From: Nitrospirota bacterium | GTDB lineage: Bacteria > Nitrospirota > UBA9217 | Length of the DNA: 64,000 nucleotides | Assembly (NCBI GenBank): GCA_963818475.1 | Contig: CAWFSF010000006.1 | Coordinates: 1,728,001-1,792,000, forward strand | Direction of reading: 5' to 3' | Part shown: one piece after another, positions 33,276 to 45,842 of the stretch | Position numbering within the stretch: the first letter of the stretch is position 1 | Layout of the letters: every line of letters begins with the position of its first letter | The notes under the pieces: model-generated | What the model was told of the DNA's origin: nothing | The model's database searches: none | Seen by the model: only the letters and a program-made list of their open reading frames with translations | Made by a program: the position numbers and the translations under genes

Positions 33276-36200
33276 ATGACCACCGATTCAAAAAACCAGA
33301 CAGCCAACAAGGCGGCCGATACCGAACGATCCATCCACCTCTCGGCCTCGGCCGGGTCGGGCAAGACCCGTGCGCTCAAGGAGCGTTACCTTGCGCTCCT
33401 GGACAAGCTCGATCTCCGCGGGCTCAACATCGACCAGGCCGTTGCCATCACGTTCACGGACAAGGCGGCCGCGGAGATCAAAGAGCGCGTGATGCACGAC
33501 CTGCCCGACGCCATGCTCAAGAAGATCATCCGCGGCAGGCAGGACCTCCGCATCTCGACCATTCATTCCTTCTGCATGAACCTGCTGAAGCGCTACCCGC
33601 TCGAAGCAGGGCTGCCGCCGGACTTCGGCGTGCTCGACTCCCGGGACCAGGTGTACAAGATCCGGAAGGCCATCGAGGACAGCCTCGAAGAAGCGGACCG
33701 CGATCCGGCCGTCATGGCGCCGCTCAATGCTTTTACCGCAGACGAGCTCGTTGAGTCCATCGAGTTCCTGCTCAAGATCAGGACCAGGCTGAAGCGCGTC
33801 GAGATCGACGCCAAAGGGCCTGACGGCATGCTCCGCGCTGTTCAGGCCGGCATGGACAGGGAAGCCCTCGAAGCAGAGCTGGGTTCGCTCGTCGGAAGCC
33901 CGGCATGGAGCGCCCTGTTCATGCAGATGGAGCTCCTGCTCAGGTCGCAGCCGGATCTGTATGAGGCCTGCAGGGGAGCGGCACATCGTTCTCTTGCTTC
34001 AGCGCCGGACAGGCAGGCCGCCTATCGTATCGCTACTTCGCTCATGCCGGTCTACTTTACGCTCAAGGACGAACCGCGCAAGAAGCTGCCGATCGCAAAA
34101 GGCAAGTTCTGCTCAGACCGACAGGTGCACCTATCCGGTATATGAAACGCCTCTGCTCGCAGGTGACCGATGCCCTGTCGCGATTCAGATCAGCATACCA
34201 TCGTGCTGCAGGCGGGCAGCAGAGGCCACTCAGCCTGCTGCAGCTCTACCTGCTCGCAGAGGAACGCTACCAGCGGTCAAAACTGAAGGAAGGCCTGCTG
34301 GACTTCGACGACCTCGAGATCTACGCCTACCGCCTGCTCCAGGGCATGGAATCGCCGGAGATCCTTTACTGGCTCGACCGGAAGATCCTGCATTTCCTCG
34401 TGGACGAGTTCCAGGACACGAGCGACATCCAGTGGGCCATCCTGAACAAGCTGACCGAAGAGATCTTTGCGGGCCAGGGCACGGAAAAACGCATGGCCCC
34501 CACCCTGTTCGTGGTGGGCGACGAAAAACAGTCCATCTACCGGTTCCGCGAGGCCAACTACCGCCTGATCAGGGACATTCAGGAAAAGATGGAAACACTT
34601 CTGCTGCCGGAAGCGCGGGAGATCCTGACGCTGCAAGAAGAACTACCGGTCCACTCCCGCGGTCATCGAGACCGTGAACCGGGTCTTCAGCGCGCTCTGG
34701 GGCGACGCCTACCAGCCGTCCGATCCGGACCGCACCGAACATGCGGGAAGCGTACGGCTCATCGAGATCCTGCCGGAACCGCCCGATGATGACAGGACAG
34801 GCCGGGCTCCTCGGCGAAGCCGCCATCCTGGCGCAGGAGATCAGGCAGATCGTGGACAGCAACACCATGATCTACGAAAAATCAGGCGACGCCTGGAACG
34901 AGCGGGCCGCAGCCTTCGGCGACTGCGCCATCCTCATCCAGTCCAGGACACGGCTGAAGGAATATGAAGCAGCGCTCCAGGAGGCAGGCGTCCCCTTCCG
35001 CGTGGTCGGCGGGATCGGATTCTATGAGGAGGATGAGGTCCAGGCCATCCTGAACGTGCTCTTCTTCCTCTGGAACCGTGACGACAGGCTTTCGCTCGCC
35101 GCGGCGCTCAGGTCGGCGCTCTTCGGCATGACCGACCGGGAGATCCTCGAGCTCATGCTGGACAGCAGGGACATGCTCGAAGGCCTCAAAGAGCGCAGGC
35201 CCGACGCCTGGATGCTCATCCAGGGATGGGAGCGGAACGCCGGACTGGCCCCGCTTTCCGTGCTCGTGCACCGGATCATCGCCGATACGGGCGCCTATGT
35301 GCGGTTCGGCAGGCGCAATGCGCAGGCGATCTTCAACCTCGACAAGCTGCTCGATACCGCGCGCGATTTCGACCGCAGGGGCTACACCACGCTCCAGGAT
35401 TTCGTGGAATGGATCAGGAACATCCGCGAAGCGGAACAGCGCGAGGCCACGGCGGACATGAACCTGCCGGGGTTCAAGGGCGCGGTAAGCATTATGACCG
35501 TGCACAAGGCAAAAGGTCTGGAATTTCCCGTCGTGTTCCTGCCCGCCATGAACCAGCAGCCGCGATCGGTCACCACCGGCCCGCTGGCGATCGTGGAGAA
35601 CAGCAGCAGCGGAATGAGGCTGGCGGTCAAGGACGGGGACAACCCCCTGTATGAAGAGCTGTGGGACCAGGAGAAGCAAGAGCTCCAGCGGGAGCACCAG
35701 CGCCTGCTCTACGTGGCGATGACGCGCGCCCGGGACTGCCTGGTCATGATCGGGACGCTGGAGAAGAACAGTAAACCGTTCAAGGAGAGTGCCTGGCTCA
35801 ACTACCTGCATCAGGCCATCCCCGTGAGCGCGGACGGTCGCGGCCGGAACGGCCCGGTGTAACGGTTTCCGCCTATCCTGAGTGGCAGGCAGAGATGCTT
35901 CCTGTTCTGCAGGCCGGGCGTTTTCCAGAAGGAGCAGAAGGAAGAAACGCGCACCATGGTCAACGCGCAAATCATCCTGGAGAACATCGCGCCCGTTCCT
36001 TCTTCAACCTCGCTCGAATGGAGAACAGCCACTGACCTCATTTCACGGGACCGGGAGGATGCCGCCGAGCAGCCTCTCCCTGGAAAAGAGCGGGGACATG
36101 CATATCGCCGCTTACGCGCGGAAGCATCCTGCACCGCTGTCTTGAGGAGCATACGAAGACCGGCGCCTGCGACCTGGAGCCGATCATCGGCGAATACCCC

Positions 36201-36594
36201 GAGATGCACGCCGTCAGCCCCGAGGTGCGGGCCGCCTTCGCTGCCGACGCCGATGCGGTCTTGAAAAAAGTACTCACCACACCGGCCTTCGCGTGGATCT
36301 TCGAGCAGCGCGACAGACTCCTATTCCGAACTGCCCTTCATCTGCCGCCGCGGACAAACGCTCATCAGCGGCATCATGGACCGCGTGGTCATCCAGGGAG
36401 ACACCGGGTATGTGATCGACTACAAGGCCATCGCTGTTCAGGATGAAGCAGAGGCCGCTGCCTGGAAAGACCATTATCGACCCCAGGTACAAGTCTACTG
36501 CGAAGCGGTCAAGGAGCTGTTCCGCCTTCACCGGGTCGAGGGCCACCTCCTCTTCCTCGACAGCGCCCGCCTGGAACTGACCGTATCCGTCTGA
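33276..36594 (+). CDS. addA: AddA-like UvrD helicase-nuclease (frameshifted)
   Basis: SASAGSGKT, AITFTDKAAAEI, VDEFQDTS, VGDEKQSIYRFR, MTVHKAKGLEF, LLYVAMTRA, C-terminal MDRV...IDYK. Confidence 0.88.
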
Positions 36595-36920
36595 TCCCTT
36601 TGTTCGCCCCACCCTCTTGACCACCGGCATTATTTTTTTTATAATTACTGGCACGATCAACGGCAGCCGGCTAAATGCGCGCTATACTTATGGAGTACAG
36701 ACCGGCATTGACACGAGTAAACCGAACAAACCAAAAAACAATTTTGCCACGAAGTCACGAAGACACAAAGAAAATCCGGGGTATATTCTTCATGAAGTAC
36801 CTGACTTGACGATTTATTCTTGTCACTGATTTACTTCGTGCCTTAGTGCCTTCGTGGCAAGATCATTGTTTTCAGCTTTAGAGATTTTTTTCAATATCAT
36901 CTACTCATAAGGAGGAGATC

Positions 36921-38366
36921 ATGAAAAAGACGCATCTACGAACAGGACTTTTTGCATTACTCATCATCGCAGCACTCACCCTCTCCGGGAGCGGCCTTTC
37001 GGCAAAAGAAGCGAAAGTCTCGCCCGAATCCACCAAATTCCTGTCCCAGCTGAGCATCGCTCTCGATGAAGTGGCAGAAACCGCAGGCCCCTCGGTCGTG
37101 AACATCTCGACCACCACCACGGTCACCCTGGATCAGAGCCCCTTTGGAGACATGTTCAACGACCCGCTCTTCCGCAGGTTTTTCGGCGACGGGAACGGCC
37201 AAAACGGCCACCCCGGCCAGAAAAGAAAGCAGAAGTCCTCGGCCCTCGGCTCCGGCGTGATCGTATCCGAGAACGGCTACATCCTGACCAACAACCATGT
37301 GGTGCAGGGTGCTGACGAGATCAAGATCGTCCTGTCCGACAAGCGCGAGTTCAAAGGCAAGATCGTGGGAGGCGACCCCAAAACGGACCTCGCCGTGGTC
37401 AAGATAAACGCCACGAACCTGCCGACCGTCCAGATCGGGAGCTCGGGCAAGCTCAAGACCGGTGATGTCGTGCTCGCCATCGGCAACCCCTTTGGATTGA
37501 ACCAGACGATCACCATGGGCATCGTAAGCGCTGTGGGGCGGTCGAACGTGGGGATCGCGGACTATGAGGACTTTATCCAGACCGACGCGGCCATCAACCC
37601 GGGAAACTCGGGCGGCGCGCTGGTGAACACCAGCGGCCAGCTCGTCGGCATCAATACGGCGATCTTTTCGACCAGCGGCGGCTACATGGGCATCGGCTTC
37701 GCCATTCCCATGGACATGGCAAAGACCGTCATGGACAGCATCATCAAGCATGGCAAGGTCGTCCGCGGCTGGCTCGGCGTCAGCATCCAGAACATCACCC
37801 CGGACCTGGCGAAATCGCTCGGCATCACGGAGACCGCGGGTGCACTGGTGTCAGGCGTAATGAAGGACAGTCCGGCTGAAAAGGCCGGCATTAAGCGCGG
37901 CGATATCATCACCGAACTGGACGGGAAAGCGGTCGGAGACTCGCGCATGCTGAGGAACATGGTGGCCGACAATGCTCCGGGAAAGACCGTGACCGTCACG
38001 GTGCTGCGCAAAGATAAAAAGGAGCTGCTGAAGGTGACCCTGGGCGAGTTCCAGGATACCAAAGTTGCAGAAAAGGCTGACTTTGATTTCGAGAATGTGC
38101 TGAAGGATGTGGTCGTTCAGGACCTGACGCCCGACCTCAGAGAGCGGCTCAACATTCCCGCTGATATCGCCGGCGTGGTGGTCTCGCAGGTTGATCAGGC
38201 ATCGAATGTGCTGCAGCAGGGCGACGTGATCATGGAAGTGGAGCGCCGGCCAGTTGCGAACGTGAAGGAGTACAGCGAGATCGTATCGAAGATCGGGCCC
38301 AAGGACGGCGTGCTGATGCTCATCTACCGCGACGGGGCATCAATATTTATTACGATAAAACCGTAA
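36921..38366 (+). CDS. Do/DegP/DegQ family serine protease with two PDZ domains
   Basis: TNNHVV, DLAVV, TDAAINPGNSGG. Confidence 0.95.
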   Translation: MKKTHLRTGLFALLIIAALTLSGSGLSAKEAKVSPESTKFLSQLSIALDEVAETAGPSVVNISTTTTVTLDQSPFGDMFNDPLFRRFFGDGNGQNGHPGQKRKQKSSALGSGVIVSENGYILTNNHVVQGADEIKIVLSDKREFKGKIVGGDPKTDLAVVKINATNLPTVQIGSSGKLKTGDVVLAIGNPFGLNQTITMGIVSAVGRSNVGIADYEDFIQTDAAINPGNSGGALVNTSGQLVGINTAIFSTSGGYMGIGFAIPMDMAKTVMDSIIKHGKVVRGWLGVSIQNITPDLAKSLGITETAGALVSGVMKDSPAEKAGIKRGDIITELDGKAVGDSRMLRNMVADNAPGKTVTVTVLRKDKKELLKVTLGEFQDTKVAEKADFDFENVLKDVVVQDLTPDLRERLNIPADIAGVVVSQVDQASNVLQQGDVIMEVERRPVANVKEYSEIVSKIGPKDGVLMLIYRDGASIFITIKP

Positions 38367-38370
38367 ATTT

Positions 38371-38477
38371 AGGGGTCAGGGGTCAGGGGTCAGGGGTCAG
38401 GGGTCAGGCTCTTGGCCCCTGATCTTACATCTGACTTCTGACTTCTCACATCTTACTTCTGACTTCTGACTTCTCAC
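38371..38477. repeat. Heptamer tandem repeats (AGGGGTC)n and (CTTCTGA)n
   Basis: Five aggggtc units, then ctgactt/cttctga units, between convergent genes. Confidence 0.8.
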
Positions 38478-38970
38478 TTCCCTCTTCTATTTCCTTTTCC
38501 ATCCTATAGTCGTCCATGACAAAACCGTGGCCGATGTCCTGAACAATGGCTTCGACCTTCTTAAAACCGATCGCCTCATAGGCCTTGATTGCGAGGGTAT
38601 TATTCTTGTTGACCGTGAGAACGATCTTTGTCAGGCCTTTTCCTTTCGCCAGGCCTTCAACAAACCTGACAGCCTTCCTGCCGTACCCCCTGCCGCGCCA
38701 CGATGAAAGCACATAGATCTTGCTGAGGAACAGTTCCTGTTCTTTCGGCTGGACGCTTATATAGCCAATGAACTGCCCCGCTTCCTGGATCAAAAAATAG
38801 AGATAACCGTTCGCAATTTGTTCTGAAATAGCCTGTGCGGACTGGAACCGGGCGAGCATGTAAGCGACCTGCTCTTTCCCGATGATGGGGATGTAGTGTT
38901 CGGTCCAGATCTCCCTGGCCAGGGCTTCGACGGCCTCGATATGGTTTTTGGTTGCGACCTTGATGAACAT
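38446..38970 (-). CDS. GNAT family N-acetyltransferase
   Basis: LSKIYV...RGRGYG...LTVNKNN..AIKAYEAIGF. Confidence 0.9.
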   Translation of the reverse strand: MFIKVATKNHIEAVEALAREIWTEHYIPIIGKEQVAYMLARFQSAQAISEQIANGYLYFLIQEAGQFIGYISVQPKEQELFLSKIYVLSSWRGRGYGRKAVRFVEGLAKGKGLTKIVLTVNKNNTLAIKAYEAIGFKKVEAIVQDIGHGFVMDDYRMEKEIEEGSEKSEVRSKM

Positions 38971-39230
38971 GGTTTTTTAGTGACTCTTCAGGTTGAAGGT
39001 TGTAGGACTGAAGGCTAAAGGTGGTAAAACGTGATGTCTGATCTTTCTCGTTAGGATTTTCTTGTGTGATTGAGCACAAGCCTTATCTTTTACCTTCAGT
39101 CTTCGGCCTTCAGTCTATTCACCTGAAGAGGTACCTTTTTTATATCGTTGTTCCCTCAGGAAGTCAAGCACGGAGAAGGCCCGCGTTGACTCTCTCCCTA
39201 AACATGCTACAATGCAAAAAGAGGTGAACC

Positions 39231-40607
39231 ATGAAAGAATACGACGTGATCATCATCGGGTCCGGGGCCGGCGCGAACCTTGTTAATGATGCTCTGGGGC
39301 ACAACAAGACCGTGGCGCTCGTGGACAAAGGGCCCGTCGGCGGCACCTGCCTGAACGTGGGCTGCATCCCGACCAAGCTGATCGTCTACCCCGCCGACCG
39401 CATCATGGAGATCCGCGAAGCGAAGAAGCTCGGCATCACGGCCGAGATCAAAGAGATCGACTTCAGGGCCATCATGGACCGGATGCGCAGCTCGATCAAA
39501 GATAGCCACGATCGCATCCAGGAAGAACTCGAAAAGACGAAGGACTTCGATTTTTACTTTGGCGAAGCCCACTTTACCGGCGAGTACACGCTCGACGTGA
39601 ACGGCCAGACGATCAAGGGAAAAACGATCTTCATCGCTTCCGGCGCCCGTCCTTTCATCCCTCCCATCAAGGGCATCGATGCCGTCCCCTACCTTACGAA
39701 CGAGAGCGCGCTCCAACTCACGGAGCGGCCCGAGAGCATGATCATTATCGGCGGCGGATATATCGCGGTCGAGTTCGCCCATTTCTTCGAGGCCGTCGGT
39801 ACGAAGGTGACGATCATCCAGCGGAATCTACGCCTCGTGCCGGACGAAGAACCCGAGATCGCGGACCTGCTGCAAACAAACCTCGCCCGCCGCATGACGA
39901 TCCATAGGTCCACCGAAGCCGTGGAAGTGCGCAGGAGCGACGGAGGCATCACGGTCATTGCCCGTGAACGGGGCGGCAAGACCATGGAGTTTTCAGGTCA
40001 GACGCTCCTGCTAGCGGCGGGAAGAAAGTCGAATGCGGACCTGCTGCAGGTGGAGAAAACAGGGGTGAAGACGAATGAGCGAGGCTATATCGTCGTCGAC
40101 GACCATTTCGAGACCACGAAAAACAACATCTGGTCCTTCGGCGACGCGATCGGCAAGAAGATGTACCGTCATTCCGCGAACGAAGAGGCGGAACTTGCCT
40201 GGCACAATGCCATTCACGGGAAAAAGTCGCGCATCAACTATCTCACGGTGCCGCATGCCGTGTTCTCCTACCCCGAGATCGCATCGGTGGGACTGACCGA
40301 AGAGCAGGCAATCAAGCTCATAGGCAAAAAAGAACTGCTGGTGGGCAAGGCCATGTATACCGATGTGGCGCGCGGCAAGGCCATGATGGAGCGGGAAGGG
40401 TTTGCCAAAGCAGTGGTGCTTCGAAAGAGCGGCAAGATACTGGGGTATCACATCATCGGGCCGCAGGCCTCGATCCTGATCCAGGAGGTGGTGAACGCCA
40501 TGGCAGCCGACGGCAATCTCTGGTCGGTCGCCAAAGGCATGCACATCCATCCGGCGCTGCCGGAAGTGGTCCTGAAGGCCTTTGGAAAGCTGGAGGAGCC
40601 GAAGTGA
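39231..40607 (+). CDS. Dihydrolipoamide dehydrogenase family pyridine nucleotide-disulfide oxidoreductase
   Basis: IGSGAG, GGTCLNVGCIPTK, GGGYIAVE, HPALPE. Confidence 0.9.
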   Translation: MKEYDVIIIGSGAGANLVNDALGHNKTVALVDKGPVGGTCLNVGCIPTKLIVYPADRIMEIREAKKLGITAEIKEIDFRAIMDRMRSSIKDSHDRIQEELEKTKDFDFYFGEAHFTGEYTLDVNGQTIKGKTIFIASGARPFIPPIKGIDAVPYLTNESALQLTERPESMIIIGGGYIAVEFAHFFEAVGTKVTIIQRNLRLVPDEEPEIADLLQTNLARRMTIHRSTEAVEVRRSDGGITVIARERGGKTMEFSGQTLLLAAGRKSNADLLQVEKTGVKTNERGYIVVDDHFETTKNNIWSFGDAIGKKMYRHSANEEAELAWHNAIHGKKSRINYLTVPHAVFSYPEIASVGLTEEQAIKLIGKKELLVGKAMYTDVARGKAMMEREGFAKAVVLRKSGKILGYHIIGPQASILIQEVVNAMAADGNLWSVAKGMHIHPALPEVVLKAFGKLEEPK

Positions 40608-40676
40608 ACGCGTATTTCTGAACGCAGGAAAAAAACGGCATACCATAGATAAAATCGGATGATAAACCTTCGCGCC

Positions 40677-41519
40677 CTAGAACGAAGCCCCGATCCTCAC
40701 GCCGAGCATATCCGCTTCCGATTCAGGCTGATAATATCCGACATAGAACCCCGAATACGGGTCGTACACAACAACTGTTGATGATTTTTTGAAGCGCATG
40801 CTGTCGTAGAAGGCACTGATCCTGAAGCGCTGCAGCTTTACGCCGGCCTCGGCGAACAACGACGGTTTGTTGCCTGGTTCGAGCGTTATTGACTCGTAGG
40901 AAACATTGTCGTCATCGATATAATTTTCGGTGTAGATTGGCAGCTTCACCCCTGCCTCAAGGAATATTTTATTGTTCTCTCCCAAAGACTGTTCTCCCCT
41001 GACCCCGAGACGTCCGTAAAACGTGGTCCAGTTCTCTGTATACCCGCTTACCGGAGACCCGTCCGCAGTATTGCCATCCTCGATATCGCGCGCCCAGGAC
41101 CTGATTCCGATGCCTCCGAAGGGTTCGAGAACAAAGTCCTGCGATGGCCTGATCTTCCCCCCCAGGTCAAGCTCAAATTTGAACCCGAAATAATTTGTCG
41201 TGGTGGACACGGCTTCCGGCGGTATCGCATTCGTTTGCCCGTCGTAATCCACAGAACCGCCGTTGAGCTCGACCCGGGGCTTCAGGGTCATATGATTGGG
41301 GAACTCGTGCGCATACGCCCCCCCCACGCCGAAACGGGGACCCGACTCCTTCAAAAGCTGCCCTCCGGCGTCGTCAAATTCCCTCCACGTGAAGCTCTCT
41401 ATGAGGCCATAGACCTCCAGGTCACCCTGCGTAAGGGCATGGACATTAGAAATTCCGAACACAAGCGTGCATGCTACGACCAGCAATGATGACCGCCCCA
41501 CCCTGCCTACGAATTTCAT
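40677..41519 (-). CDS. Outer-membrane beta-barrel protein
   Basis: Signal peptide, amphipathic beta strands, C-terminal Phe (GVRIGASF). Confidence 0.7.
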   Translation of the reverse strand: MKFVGRVGRSSLLVVACTLVFGISNVHALTQGDLEVYGLIESFTWREFDDAGGQLLKESGPRFGVGGAYAHEFPNHMTLKPRVELNGGSVDYDGQTNAIPPEAVSTTTNYFGFKFELDLGGKIRPSQDFVLEPFGGIGIRSWARDIEDGNTADGSPVSGYTENWTTFYGRLGVRGEQSLGENNKIFLEAGVKLPIYTENYIDDDNVSYESITLEPGNKPSLFAEAGVKLQRFRISAFYDSMRFKKSSTVVVYDPYSGFYVGYYQPESEADMLGVRIGASF

Positions 41520-41778
41520 GCAATCCTCCTCATAAAGAACGAAATGATCAGCGCCGGTCCGGCTGCAGACGACCCAATCTGACCTAAGCATACCAGACTT
41601 TTATCGCAACCGGGATAAAAACAGGGATTTCTATTATTATTCAATTGACAAATCATGCTCTCACAGGGTATTATGCCCAGCTTCATACAGAATCCATTTC
41701 GTTCCACGGAACCCCACGTCACCAAGAACTTCTTCCTGCGCGACCTGCACTTCGTGGTAAAAAAAAGGACAAAACAGA

Positions 41779-43605
<1,827 letters not shown>

Positions 43606-43646
43606 TTCGTCCTTGAGATAATGCAGCAGCACTTGCCACGCATACG

Positions 43647-43677
43647 AAGAGCCGCTGAATGAACTTCAGCGGTTCTT
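43647..43677 (+). terminator. Intrinsic terminator after typA
   Basis: aagagccgctgaa-tgaac-ttcagcggttctt followed by a T-rich run. Confidence 0.7.
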
Positions 43678-43767
43678 TCTTTTCCGTCACTTTGAAACGC
43701 CATCGCAAGCTAAGTGCTCGAACGGAGAATTCGCTTCCTCCTGGGAAGATGAAAGGAGGTGTATGCA

Positions 43768-43920
43768 ATGAATAAAATGATCGCCATCACGATGATCGCG
43801 GCAGTTGTATCGGTTTTTGCATTGGCTGGCTGCAAAAAAGAAGAAGCTCCTAAACCGGCAGAACAGTCGTCCGTTACCACGACCGTGGCTCCTGCACCGA
43901 AAGCGCCGAAGGGCTGCTAA
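43768..43920 (+). CDS. 50-aa lipoprotein (below ORF-track cutoff)
   Basis: AAAGGAGG RBS; MNKMIAITMIAAVVSVFALAGC-KKEEAPKPAEQSSVTTTVAPAPKAPKGC*; LAGC lipobox. Confidence 0.75.
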   Translation: MNKMIAITMIAAVVSVFALAGCKKEEAPKPAEQSSVTTTVAPAPKAPKGC

Positions 43921-43947
43921 GCTGCGTTGTACTTGCCAGGCACACAA

Positions 43948-43977
43948 AAAGCCGCTGAGATTCATTTCAGCGGCTTT
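43948..43977 (+). terminator. Intrinsic terminator after the small lipoprotein gene
   Basis: aaagccgctga-gattcatt-tcagcggcttt. Confidence 0.7.
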
Positions 43978-44155
43978 ATCTTTGAGACTCCAAAAAAACT
44001 TCTTTACCGCGAGGGCGCAAGGGACGCGAGGACGACAAAATGCTTAATGCCTCGTTTTCGGTTCAATACAATCAGAAATAAAGACGGTGGGCTTCATGGT
44101 GTCCTTGAGCACCCTCGCGCCCTCGCGGTTCAAGCCTTTCTTCTTGCTTCCCCGA

Positions 44156-44548
44156 CTAAAAATCCAGCGGACTTTTTCTTTCCTTCATCGTCCTGCTCGG
44201 AGCACAATGGGTACAGATCATCGTCGTCCTGACATCGGCATGGCCGAGCATTTCCCGGATCGTGCGGATATCGTAATTAGCTTGAAGCAGATGGGTCGCG
44301 AATGAATGGCGGAATGTGTGGGATGTAACGCGTTGCGTGAGCCGGGCCTTGCGCACCGCTTTGTACAGCGGCTCTTGTACGTCCTTGTCGCTCAGATCTG
44401 ACTTTGCATCTGACGGCGGATACTTGACCAGAAAATCAAGGTAATAGCGAAGCAATTTCCGGTAGTCATCCCTCAATGTCGCCGATACAGCCTTCTGTTC
44501 TAAAACCGCATTAAATTGTACAAGAATGTCTTCCGGGATAGGCTGCAC
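44156..44548 (-). pseudogene. intI: Integron integrase remnant (large internal deletion; catalytic Tyr replaced by Cys)
   Basis: N-terminal segment joined directly to KAVRKARLTQRVTSHTFRHSFATHLLQANYDIRTIREMLGHADVRTTMICTH (canonical TTMIYTH); divergent from the attC array. Confidence 0.85.
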
Positions 44549-44685
44549 GGTCTCCTCCTGGAATTAGCTAATACCGTATTTGCATATTAGTTCGAATTCT
44601 GGGAATATATTATTATATGCATATTAGCCTTTTGCTCGAAGTTTAATTAAATCAGAAAGATACATCAAGTTTTTTCTTAAATTCA

Positions 44686-44715
44686 TTGACTCATAAAACG
44701 GTTCCGTGCTACTGT
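44686..44715 (+). promoter_or_regulatory. Putative cassette promoter (Pc)
   Basis: TTGACT-18 bp-TACTGT with extended -10 TG, just upstream of the putative attI. Confidence 0.5.
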
Positions 44716-44724
44716 ATCCCGAAG

Positions 44725-44743
44725 AACTAATAACTTGTTAGAC
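44725..44743 (+). other. Putative attI site
   Basis: aactaataactt-GTTAGAC core (GTTRRRY) between intI and the first cassette ATG. Confidence 0.6.
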
Positions 44744-44756
44744 ATGGAGCGACTTA

Positions 44757-45353
44757 ATGAATTTGCCCCAAATCGCGGTAAGCCATCTAAACTCTATCCC
44801 GCAAAGCGTCATTGATGAGTTCACGGCAGCAATCTCACATCCAAAGCTCGATCTACGCACGGAAACCAGGGAGGATTCGGTCTATGCTGGGGTAGAATGG
44901 CTTCTGCCTACTGCTTTGGTTGTTTACATTGGGAAATCGTATTTTGATGGTTTTCTTAAGGAGATGGGCAAAGATCATTATGTTTTACTGAAGAAAGGTT
45001 TGATTAAACTCAAATCCAAGCTACGAGACTTTTCACTTATTAAGTTGACGGGCTCAGCAGGCAAGATTTCAAAAGAATCTACATATACTTTTACCTTTTC
45101 AATTTATGCGGAAGCGGACAACAATCAAAGATTCAAACTGTTAATTCAAAATAACATCACAGATATTGACTATGAAATAATCATCGAGGCCTTCCTGAAT
45201 TTTCTCGCCGCATATAATAATAAAACGATAGCTGAAGCTGTACTCAATAAATTGTCGATCGGTGATCCTTCCTCCAAAACCATCTTAATAGCATATAATT
45301 TCAAAAAGCATGAATTGGAAACCGTTGAAGTGAAGCGGGGCTCGAACCAATGA
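44757..45353 (+). CDS. Hypothetical protein (first cassette)
   Basis: AT-rich ORF with GGAG RBS immediately after attI. Confidence 0.75.
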   Translation: MNLPQIAVSHLNSIPQSVIDEFTAAISHPKLDLRTETREDSVYAGVEWLLPTALVVYIGKSYFDGFLKEMGKDHYVLLKKGLIKLKSKLRDFSLIKLTGSAGKISKESTYTFTFSIYAEADNNQRFKLLIQNNITDIDYEIIIEAFLNFLAAYNNKTIAEAVLNKLSIGDPSSKTILIAYNFKKHELETVEVKRGSNQ

Positions 45354-45775
45354 TCAAACTCGTCAGTTTTGGAATTATCATTCTACTGTTTTTAGCTATC
45401 GCGATCCCTTTTGAAATAAAGAGACGTCGTCGGCTTAATAAATACTGGTCACGGTCGTGTACGGGACGGGATTGGAAGAAGCGTTTTCCTAATGTGCCCA
45501 AAAAGGATATAAGAGACTTCTTAGAAGCCTTTATAGATGGCTTGGCATTCAGCAGCAAGAAGAGACTAAAATTCAATCCTGATGATCCAGTTATGGATAT
45601 TTACCGCTCTCTTTATCCTACGACCGGTTGGTCTGATGCGCTCGAACTTGAAACCTTTTCAGTGAATCTAAAAAAACGATACGGTTTCGGACTGGAGCAG
45701 GTGACTGATCACGATATCACGCTTGGAACAATATTTGAGATGACGAGAATGAAGTCCAACCATCGCGTCGAGTGA
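45350..45775 (+). CDS. Hypothetical protein with N-terminal TM (cassette)
   Basis: ORF overlaps previous stop and ends inside the attC. Confidence 0.7.
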   Translation: MIKLVSFGIIILLFLAIAIPFEIKRRRRLNKYWSRSCTGRDWKKRFPNVPKKDIRDFLEAFIDGLAFSSKKRLKFNPDDPVMDIYRSLYPTTGWSDALELETFSVNLKKRYGFGLEQVTDHDITLGTIFEMTRMKSNHRVE

Positions 45776-45811
45776 GTCGCGAAAAGCACGCTCCTCACGC
45801 GAGCGTTAACT
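45754..45811 (+). other. attC site
   Basis: GTCCAAC-CATCGCGTCGAG...CTCACGCGAGC-GTTAACT, 58 bp. Confidence 0.85.
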
Positions 45812-45842
45812 TCCAGAGTGCAGATCGTGGAGGTCGTCTCGA

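Noticed and set aside
767-36594. Many frameshifts in glnE, rnr, selA, selB, the antiporter, cobS, addB and addA, suggesting mass pseudogenisation or programmed frameshifting
   Set aside because: Small indels scattered through otherwise well-conserved housekeeping genes, with catalytic motifs intact, are best explained as long-read consensus errors. Short-read polishing would settle it.
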